Assembly: GCA_963726255.1 (NCBI GenBank)
Contig: CAVSBL010000002.1
Span: 128,001-192,000, forward strand
Source of the DNA: Candidatus Bathyarchaeota archaeon
GTDB lineage: Archaea; Thermoproteota; Bathyarchaeia; 40CM-2-53-6
DNA: 64,000 nt
Direction: 5' to 3'
Shown here: positions 56,691-64,000 of the stretch, piece after piece
Numbering within the stretch: the stretch's first letter is position 1
Layout of the letters: the number at the start of each line of letters is the position of its first letter
Translations under genes and position numbers: made by a program
The notes under the pieces: generated by a model
Database searches by the model: none
Told to the model about the DNA's origin: nothing
What the model saw: the letters and a program-made list of their open reading frames with translations, nothing else

Positions 56691-58088
56691 ATGAAAAGAA
56701 GGGCTATGAGCAGTTTCGCCAGGGCAGCTATCGTCTTACTTTTGGCCACGCTCTCTTCGCTTCAACCGGCGATTTCATCCGGAAAAATCTCATTCACAAC
56801 CGTTGCTCATGAAACGGTTTCCGTCTGGAGTAAGATAACGATTGGGATGGCGGACGCTTATTCCACAGTTGCTGAGCGTCCAATCGAAGACTGTTTGAGG
56901 CCCAACCGTGTTGATTGCTTTTCCATTCAACAGAACTTTTGGATCACCGATTCGCTGGGGAACTTCGTGTTATGGGCTCAGAATACCGTTGAATTAGCTA
57001 AACTTGCGAGTCCGATCTACTACGGAACCTACACATTCCAAGTTTGGAACAGCGCTACGGTACCCCAACCTGTCTTATGTGAACCTGAATCGAGCCGCAC
57101 TACATCATGCCGTGCCCCCTTCTACACCGACCCCGTCCCATTCCCTCAATCATTCATCTTCTACTCACACATATCGAACGAAGGCCCGGGGTACGTGCTT
57201 CAAATGTCCAACAATCTGGGAGCGATTACATGGGCAATTCCGAGTTCGGTCAAGTGCCCATGCTACATCGAGACGGTCCTCGACAAATCGCTACCATGGG
57301 GCCAGACTCCATTTGAATTGGTCGCGGTTGGATTGGACAGTTCTGCAATGGCATTTTTCAGAAATGATACCATCGGCACCTTCGGGCCCATCCTTGTCGA
57401 ATCCGCTGACGGATCCTGGCATAGAGCTTCGGTGGAGGCAATTCACTGCCTCAATTCAGGCGGTTGCCTAGGGATGTTGGCTACCGCGGAAACTTCGATG
57501 AACCTCGTATGGAATAGTACTAGCGGGGAATTTTACTGGTCTGCAGTCGGATCTGATCAAGGAGCCTACGTATCAACAGTATCAGACGCATCAGTCGACC
57601 CGCCAGCGAAGCCCACTCCAAGCACCGAAACCTTCCTGTACGCCGAGTTCCGGTCTACGTATGCATACCTTACAATTTATGACGCCGCGGAAAGGGCCCT
57701 CGGAGTTGACCCTCAATCAGGCAAACGCGTCGAAGAAATCCCGAATGCGTCAATTACTCACAATTCTTCGGAAGACTTGCTAATCGTGAACCCAACCGGC
57801 GAATACGTTCTCGTATTGACGGCGGGAGGAAACACGGCGTTCCAATTATTCGTGAGCAAGGCAACTAACATCGGAGATGTCTCGGTGGGGCGACATTATA
57901 ACGGCACACTGAACGTGGGCTATTCCACGAGTCTGCATATCAACGTCAACGACATGATCCTCATCCCACAAGTAACAAACCTGAGTACGCAATTAGCCCC
58001 GATTGCTGGAATTATCCTGACGCTCCTCGTGCTTATTGGGGTAATCGCCGCCGTCCTAATCCTTCGCCGAAAACGATCTGATGCGTAG
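56691..58088 (+). CDS. Secreted, C-terminally anchored protein, possibly thermopsin-like
   Basis: Signal peptide, FSIQQN...WAQN, FELVAVG, C-terminal TM helix + RRKR. Confidence 0.6.
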   Translation: MKRRAMSSFARAAIVLLLATLSSLQPAISSGKISFTTVAHETVSVWSKITIGMADAYSTVAERPIEDCLRPNRVDCFSIQQNFWITDSLGNFVLWAQNTVELAKLASPIYYGTYTFQVWNSATVPQPVLCEPESSRTTSCRAPFYTDPVPFPQSFIFYSHISNEGPGYVLQMSNNLGAITWAIPSSVKCPCYIETVLDKSLPWGQTPFELVAVGLDSSAMAFFRNDTIGTFGPILVESADGSWHRASVEAIHCLNSGGCLGMLATAETSMNLVWNSTSGEFYWSAVGSDQGAYVSTVSDASVDPPAKPTPSTETFLYAEFRSTYAYLTIYDAAERALGVDPQSGKRVEEIPNASITHNSSEDLLIVNPTGEYVLVLTAGGNTAFQLFVSKATNIGDVSVGRHYNGTLNVGYSTSLHINVNDMILIPQVTNLSTQLAPIAGIILTLLVLIGVIAAVLILRRKRSDA

Positions 58089-58187
58089 TTAGCATTTCGT
58101 GCAACTTTACCCGGGGCTCTCGGGATTCCACGTAAGGAAGCAAGGCCAAATAGCAGATGACGATTACCCAGAGCTTGAGGCTACAAC

Positions 58188-58391
58188 ATGAATCGAAGGT
58201 TAATTGGTTCTACAATCCTTGCCGCAGTCATGCTTCTGTTGGGACTCGTTTGGTTTCTGCAGGGAATTGGTATCTTGCCTGGAAGTGTAATGAGCGGTTC
58301 GCAGTTCTGGGAGTTCGCCGGGGCCGTGACATTCGCGGTCGGCATCGTAATCCTGGCGTTTGTGGCGAAGAGTCTTGCGCGGAAAGGGTGA
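58188..58391 (+). CDS. Small two-helix membrane protein
   Basis: GLVWFLQGIGILPGSVMSGSQFW. Confidence 0.7.
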   Translation: MNRRLIGSTILAAVMLLLGLVWFLQGIGILPGSVMSGSQFWEFAGAVTFAVGIVILAFVAKSLARKG

Positions 58392-58842
58392 ACAGCAATC
58401 GATGGCGACAGAACGTTTCGAAGTGGGCCATCATCTCTGTTAGCTTCGGATTTCGGGGAACTGTAAAGTTAGACGCCGCAGAGATCGCTTAGGATTTCAA
58501 TTACTCAGACAGATATAACAGGCAGAATGCGCACGGGAGGGGTGTAGACAGCCGTCCGAACTATCTTGGTCGAGCAACTGCTATGAATTTCGCAGAATTC
58601 TTCGCGAGAGTACTATGACTCTACGCGAATCCTATAGAACCTCAACCCTTCCAGGCGATGTGCCCGAGTTGTTTGGGTGTGAGGGGTCAAACCAGAGTCG
58701 CGCACTTCCTCGCCCGTAGCTTCTCGACTTGAAGTTTGCAAAATCCGCTCGTCTTCAATATCGGCGTCGCTACCCGTTGTTAGAAAAGATACAATTGAGC
58801 TAAGTTGAGATTCGTGCCCCACGAGCTTCAGATTGCGTGAGG

Positions 58843-59697
58843 TCATTCTGTTCCTGTGACCTTCAAGCGTGATGCGAGTCTAACCACTATACTGAGACTG
58901 AGCACGATAACGAGCAGTATCAAGGCAGCTCCCCATGCGAGGGCATGGGCGTTCTCGTATGGGGATGTTCCGAAGTCGAAGATGAGCAATGTTAGTGAAG
59001 TTGCGGGATCGTTTATGCTCGTCATCATGAACTGATTTCCTAGCGCGGTGAATAGTAGTGGTGCAGTTTCGCCCATGACACGAGCAACGGCTAGTGCGAT
59101 GCCGGTAATAACGCCGCTCCTCGCCGAACTAAGGAGAATGTACACTAATGTCTTGGCCCGGGAGATTCCTAGTGCCAATCCACCTTCCCTTATGGAGGAT
59201 GAGACGAGCTTAAGCGACTCATGTGTAGATATTGCAACGATCGGAATCATCATCACACCGAGTGCGACGCCACCGCTGAAGGCTGAAAACCGATGTTCGG
59301 TAGCTACTATCAACTCGTAGATGAAAATTCCAGTCACAATAGATGGTACGCCGGTCAGAACCTCTGCGAGAAGCCTCACGTAGTACCCAAACTTACCTGG
59401 ATATTCAGCTAGGTATGCTCCAGCAAAAACGCCGACTGGAATACCGATAAGAGAAGCTAGGCCCACCATTACTAGGCTGCCTTCAATCGCGTTCAATATT
59501 CCTCCTCCGCTACCTCCTATCGGGGGGCTAACTTGGGTGAAGAATGCTAGACTTACGGCTGCGCCTCCGAGGGCGATCGTTTCGTAGAGAATTGAAATCA
59601 GCGGTACTAAGGCTGCGAAGAAGCAGGCTGTCGCGAGAATGATGTATATTGCGTTGCTGAGCTTCCTTCTTCTACTGAAACTAAGCAGGGACGTCAC
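58843..59697 (-). CDS. pstA: Phosphate ABC transporter permease PstA
   Basis: GAYLAEY, GVPSIVTG, ARVMGETAPL. Confidence 0.95.
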   Translation of the reverse strand: MTSLLSFSRRRKLSNAIYIILATACFFAALVPLISILYETIALGGAAVSLAFFTQVSPPIGGSGGGILNAIEGSLVMVGLASLIGIPVGVFAGAYLAEYPGKFGYYVRLLAEVLTGVPSIVTGIFIYELIVATEHRFSAFSGGVALGVMMIPIVAISTHESLKLVSSSIREGGLALGISRAKTLVYILLSSARSGVITGIALAVARVMGETAPLLFTALGNQFMMTSINDPATSLTLLIFDFGTSPYENAHALAWGAALILLVIVLSLSIVVRLASRLKVTGTE

Positions 59698-60655
59698 CTC
59701 GAACTTTGAAGCTCAGTCTGTTGATGACCACTCTTCCTACAAGGTTCATGATCAGTGCAACTGCAAATAATATTAATCCCAGCTCGAAGAGTGCGGAAAG
59801 GTACACGCCGTTTCCAGCGACCTCTGTGAATTCGTTGGCAATTACGCTGGGTATGGTCTCCGCAGGCAAGAAGAGGGAAGGTGAAATTCTAGCAACGTTT
59901 CCAATTACCATTGCCACAGCCATGGTTTCACCGATGGCACGTCCCATGGCGAGCACAACCGCTGCGATTATCCCAGTTCGCGCGAAAGGCAGAACTGCAG
60001 TACGAATCATTTCCCAATTCGTCGCACCAAGAGCAATGCTTGCCTCCCGTTGACTTCGGGGCACGGCGACGATTACTTCGCGCATGACAGATGACCCATA
60101 AGGAATTATCATTATTGCCAATATTACGCCCGCAGTCAACATACCCAAACCAGTCGTAGGCCCTGTGAAAAGCGGCAGGAATCCTAGGCTTGAACTCAGC
60201 TGTGGATTAACGTAATCACGCATGAAAGGAACTAACACTAGTAAGCCCCAGAGACCGTACACAACGCTCGGGACTGACGCAAGAATCTCTATCATGAATA
60301 GTGAGGGGATTCTGAACTTGACAGGTGCGAGATCACTCTGGAAAAGAGCGACACCCAGACTAACAGGAACTGCAAGAACCAGAGCAAGCGCGGTTGTGAC
60401 CATGGAGCCATAGATCGACGGTAGCGCGCCGAGTATGGGCGGGCCTCCGTTAGGAGGGTTTGGGATCCAATCTGAGCTGAAAAGAAAACCGATGCCAAAG
60501 GCTGAAATAGAGTCTAAACTGCCGTTGCCAATTTCGTATAGCGTGAGAGCTGTTATTGCAGGTATTATTGCTGCAGCTACCACAAGTAAACGAAAAAAGA
60601 AATTTGAAGACCGCGCCCGCTGTGGGGCACGGCTTCTTGGTTTTGGGTTTTTCAT
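59681..60655 (-). CDS. pstC: Phosphate ABC transporter permease PstC
   Basis: LASVPSVVYGLWG, REASIALGAT, GRAIGETMAV. Confidence 0.95.
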   Translation of the reverse strand: MKNPKPRSRAPQRARSSNFFFRLLVVAAAIIPAITALTLYEIGNGSLDSISAFGIGFLFSSDWIPNPPNGGPPILGALPSIYGSMVTTALALVLAVPVSLGVALFQSDLAPVKFRIPSLFMIEILASVPSVVYGLWGLLVLVPFMRDYVNPQLSSSLGFLPLFTGPTTGLGMLTAGVILAIMIIPYGSSVMREVIVAVPRSQREASIALGATNWEMIRTAVLPFARTGIIAAVVLAMGRAIGETMAVAMVIGNVARISPSLFLPAETIPSVIANEFTEVAGNGVYLSALFELGLILFAVALIMNLVGRVVINRLSFKVRGDVPA

Positions 60656-60662
60656 TTTAGGT

Positions 60663-61916
60663 TTACTGGCTAAGTAGTGGTTGGCCCTGGTAATTCAGGC
60701 TCTTTAGCAGTTGTTCATCTGCGGCCACAACGTTTTGTGGAAGTGGCACGTAGATTAGGGCTGAGGAGTATTGTTGTCCATCGTGTATAGCCCACCAAAG
60801 GAAGTTGGCTAGAGCCTTGGCCTTGTCCAGAGTCATACTTGGTTGTGCTGACATGTCCTTGTAGATGAGGATGTACGTGTAGGTTGCAATAGGATATGAC
60901 TGGTCGCCAGACGCGTTGACTATGTGGAGTCGCAAATCATTAGGGTTCGGCGTCCCGGTTCCACTTGCAGCAGCAGCAAGAATCGACTGTATGGTAGGAG
61001 TCACGAAGTTTCCCGCGGCGTTCTGCACTGCGCCTACTCCCAGGTTGTTTTGAACTGCGTAGATGACGTCAACGTATCCGATTGACCCGGGCGTATTTAC
61101 CACAGCACCTGCAACCCCAGCGTTACCTTTGCCACCGACTCCGGTTGCTTGCTTATCAACCGGCCATGTTACCGAGGTGCTGTATCCCACCTCAGTTGCC
61201 CATGCGCTATCGACGACTGATAGATAATTTGTGAAGGCATAGGTCGTGCCGCTTCCGTCTGACCTATGGACGACAGTAATTTGGTTAGTCGGAAGTGCGA
61301 CACCTGGGTTGAGCGCTTGGATTTGAGGGTCGTTCCACTTGGTGATGTTGCCGGCAAAGATCGATGCTAAGAGAGGACCTGTGAAGTGGAGAACAGTAGA
61401 GTTTGGAACTCCGAACTTAACAAGGTTGTAGGTTACTGCAACCCCACCCAGAGTTTCTGGGAAGAGCACCAAGCCAGGAGCTGCCGTGAGTTGTTGGTCG
61501 TTCAGTGGTGCATCCGACGCGCCGAAGTCGACCGTCTTCTGAGTGATTTGCTGAATGCCACCACCGCTACCGATTGGGTTGTAACTTATCGTGATGCCTG
61601 GATTTAGTTGGCCATATCGCACAGTCCACTTCTGGATGAGTGGAGCCGGAAAGGTAGCCCCAGCGCCGAGCAGTGAGGCAGGAGCCATACTGCTCTCGCT
61701 CATCATGCTACTGGTTTCACTCGCCATGCTGGTTGTATTGCCCGTAAGTGTTGTTTGGTAGTAGAGTCCGCCTGCAATTATCACTATTATGATTATAGCA
61801 ATAATCACATATCGAACATTTCGTTTGCTTGTTTGGTTTGACATATTCATCATCGTGGCTGCATGTGCCTCCATCATCGTATTTAGTGGAATACCATGAT
61901 GATTACGCAGACACAT
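60663..61916 (-). CDS. pstS: Phosphate-binding protein PstS (true start probably at the MMNMS Met cluster)
   Basis: [33 protein letters not shown]. Confidence 0.96.
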   Translation of the reverse strand: MCLRNHHGIPLNTMMEAHAATMMNMSNQTSKRNVRYVIIAIIIIVIIAGGLYYQTTLTGNTTSMASETSSMMSESSMAPASLLGAGATFPAPLIQKWTVRYGQLNPGITISYNPIGSGGGIQQITQKTVDFGASDAPLNDQQLTAAPGLVLFPETLGGVAVTYNLVKFGVPNSTVLHFTGPLLASIFAGNITKWNDPQIQALNPGVALPTNQITVVHRSDGSGTTYAFTNYLSVVDSAWATEVGYSTSVTWPVDKQATGVGGKGNAGVAGAVVNTPGSIGYVDVIYAVQNNLGVGAVQNAAGNFVTPTIQSILAAAASGTGTPNPNDLRLHIVNASGDQSYPIATYTYILIYKDMSAQPSMTLDKAKALANFLWWAIHDGQQYSSALIYVPLPQNVVAADEQLLKSLNYQGQPLLSQ

Positions 61917-62056
61917 GCATCTATACGAGTCGTATACCGTACCTTCAACTACGGTGCGGACCGTGGGTCTATAGAGCCGTAATGATTAATTCAAATGCTC
62001 TAGTCGAATTGGTAAGAAAGTCGGTAAGTGAGGACAACAGGGGAAATTTACTGGAC

Positions 62057-62815
62057 TTGGGAACTAAGCTTCAAGTCGTAGAACTCAGCGCAGGTTTCGG
62101 AAAGAAGCAGGTCTTGGAAAAAATCAGTATCGAGTTTAAAGAGAAAGCTGTGACTGCTCTGATTGGGCCATCTGGATGTGGAAAATCAACATTTATTCGT
62201 TGCCTTAACCGAATGCATGAAGTTACTCCGGGCGCGTGGGTTTCTGGCAAAATTCTTCTCGACGATGCTGACGTACTTTCTGAGGATGTCGACCCAGTAA
62301 GTGTTCGGCGGAGAGTCGGCATGGTATTTCAAAGGCCAAACCCCTTTCCTACCATGTCCGTTTTTGACAACGTAGCGGCCGGCCTTCGGTTGAACGGAGC
62401 AAGGGACCATAAGTTGCTAGCTGAGAAAGTCGAGCAGAATCTAAGCCAAGCCTTTTTGTTGGAGGAAATCGGTGACCGCTTGAATGAGTCTGGCGCAAGC
62501 CTTTCGGGTGGTCAACAGCAGAGACTCTGCATTGCACGTGCATTAGCTGTTGAGCCAGAAATCGTTCTCATGGATGAACCCTGTTCGGCCCTCGACCCAG
62601 TTGCGACGGCTAAGATCGAGGAATTGATAGTGAAGCTAAAGGAAACTTACACGGTTATCGTCGTAACGCACAACATGCAGCAGGCGGCCCGAATCTCTGA
62701 CTTTACTGGGTTCCTCTATCTCGGAAAGCTGATCGAATTCGGAATGACTGAGCAAATATTCTCGAATCCAAAGAATGAACTGACCGAGCGATACATTAGC
62801 GGAAAATTCGGTTGA
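62057..62815 (+). CDS. pstB: Phosphate ABC transporter ATPase PstB
   Basis: [39 protein letters not shown]; likely TTG start 62057. Confidence 0.96.
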   Translation: MGTKLQVVELSAGFGKKQVLEKISIEFKEKAVTALIGPSGCGKSTFIRCLNRMHEVTPGAWVSGKILLDDADVLSEDVDPVSVRRRVGMVFQRPNPFPTMSVFDNVAAGLRLNGARDHKLLAEKVEQNLSQAFLLEEIGDRLNESGASLSGGQQQRLCIARALAVEPEIVLMDEPCSALDPVATAKIEELIVKLKETYTVIVVTHNMQQAARISDFTGFLYLGKLIEFGMTEQIFSNPKNELTERYISGKFG

Positions 62816-62821
62816 ATCAGA

Positions 62822-63448
62822 TTGCCACGCCTAATGGATATGGGTCTTGAAAGACTATCAAATGCCATCAGCGACATGGGGAACCTAGCTCAAGACTCTG
62901 TCATGAAAGCGATTCAAGCCTACGCGAAAGGAGAACAGATAACTGAGCAGGCGCTTGACCGCGCCCGTCAGCTATCGACGCTGGCCAATGAGGTTGAAGA
63001 ACTAGCAGTTGAATTACTTGCCCGATATCAGCCGGTCGCCTCAGACCTACGTTACATAAAGTCATGTCTTGAAATCGCGTACGGGTTCTCTAGATTCGGT
63101 AGGTACGCATACGATATCGCACAGGTCCTTGAGATTTTCGGAGATGTTTCACGATGCGATAGGATAGCTGTCGAAGAACTCTCGGGAAGAGTCACTCTGA
63201 TGATTCAAACTAGTGTTCAATCTTTCAGAACGAAGGACACCAAACTTGCAAGGTCCCTACGCCACGAGGACGACCAGGTTGACAAGATGTACCTCGATTA
63301 TATGAAACGAATCACGAGGGACAAGACGATATCAGTGAAATGTGCGCTTGCTTCAACGCTAGTCATGAGATACCTAGAACGGATCGCGGACCATGCCTGC
63401 TATATCGGTGATTCGGTAATATACATTGTTACGGCCAGCAAGATATAG
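62822..63448 (+). CDS. phoU: Phosphate uptake regulator PhoU
   Basis: QPVASDLR, DDQVD, YLERIADH. Confidence 0.92.
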   Translation: MPRLMDMGLERLSNAISDMGNLAQDSVMKAIQAYAKGEQITEQALDRARQLSTLANEVEELAVELLARYQPVASDLRYIKSCLEIAYGFSRFGRYAYDIAQVLEIFGDVSRCDRIAVEELSGRVTLMIQTSVQSFRTKDTKLARSLRHEDDQVDKMYLDYMKRITRDKTISVKCALASTLVMRYLERIADHACYIGDSVIYIVTASKI

Positions 63449-63496
63449 TAATCTGGAAGTCCTACATAGAACTCTTGGCGTCTCTATATGCGTACC

Positions 63497-64000
63497 ATGA
63501 AACCAGTCATAAATGCGGACAAGGGCTTGGAGGACAGGTACGTACGCCGCGTCCAAGTGACGGGTCGGGGGTCCTACATTGTATCTATCCCGAAGCATTG
63601 GGTCGAATCGGCGGGGCTGAAGAAGGGGGGACGTGTTGAGTTCAGCAAGCAGCAGAACAGCGGCCTTCTGCTGATTCCGTTTGAGTCCGTGCGGGGAGAT
63701 CAGGAGCGCGCAAGGTGCGAGTTGTCGGTTGCACCTGACGCAGACCCTGATGCCGTAACGAGAAAGATCATTTCATTGTACGTAGTCGGATATTCGACGA
63801 TCGACATTAGCTCAAATGCGGGTAACCTCGCGGCACCGATTCGTGACGCGATACGGGATGTCGCTCGACAGAAGTTAGTGGGAACCGAGATGGTGACGGA
63901 GTCGGCGAGGAGCGCTACTCTGCAGGTGCTTCTCAATTATCCACAGCTACTCGTTCCCGATGCGCTACGGCGAATGGGTTCGATAATGAGCTCCATGCAA
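63497..64000 (+). CDS. AbrB-PhoU fusion regulator (runs off the window)
   Basis: RRVQVTGRGSYIVSIPKHW AbrB/MazE motif, RKIISLYVVGY, LVGTE; absent from the ORF track because no stop lies in the window. Confidence 0.88.
   Translation, partial: MKPVINADKGLEDRYVRRVQVTGRGSYIVSIPKHWVESAGLKKGGRVEFSKQQNSGLLLIPFESVRGDQERARCELSVAPDADPDAVTRKIISLYVVGYSTIDISSNAGNLAAPIRDAIRDVARQKLVGTEMVTESARSATLQVLLNYPQLLVPDALRRMGSIMSSMQ

Noticed and set aside
61829-62056. Long N-terminal extension of PstB
   Set aside because: Overlaps the pstS start and promoter region; PstB similarity begins near 62057
1-64000. CRISPR array, rRNA genes, IS transposases
   Set aside because: No regularly spaced repeats, rRNA-like stretch or transposase motif was seen by eye
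1-64000. Numerous 60-150 aa ORFs antisense to or nested in clear genes (e.g. 1033-1275, 9057-9614, 17096-17560, 57004-57471)
   Set aside because: Shadow frames of well-supported genes with no recognisable motifs

Overview
Archaeal chromosomal segment. Multi-intron tRNAs with bulge-helix-bulge (BHB) splice motifs, gene-encoded CCA ends, GGAGGTGA-type Shine-Dalgarno sites and frequent TTG/GTG starts point to the TACK group, possibly Bathyarchaeia-like; this is inference and was not tested. The most notable locus (304-5144, minus strand) is a co-oriented eukaryote-like ubiquitin cluster: ubiquitin ending in GG, E2, an E1 with an N-terminal ubiquitin-like domain, and an Rpn11-like JAMM protease fused to a multi-pass membrane domain. 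No RING gene is visible in it; two zinc-ribbon/B-box-like proteins, one membrane-anchored, bracket it instead. Next to it a 1.03 kb element carrying only an HTH-LAGLIDADG endonuclease sits between 28-bp direct repeats of a tRNA-Thr(GGT) 3' end. A second, 4.2 kb island lies at tRNA-Thr(TGT), with a 16-bp att repeat, a dead integrase and an ATPase-containing three-gene cargo. Four tRNAs carry seven introns, five at non-canonical positions. The rest is mostly core metabolism and transport: two acyl-CoA dehydrogenase/CoxG pairs, rpiA, pgk, M1 and M24 peptidases, a BlaI/peptidase/ABC module with a shared operator, inositol-phosphate synthase, an A1-type heme-copper oxidase cluster with a split subunit II, an SQR-like flavoprotein and pstSCAB-phoU. 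No rRNA or CRISPR array was seen. All calls come from reading motifs by eye; no database search was run.
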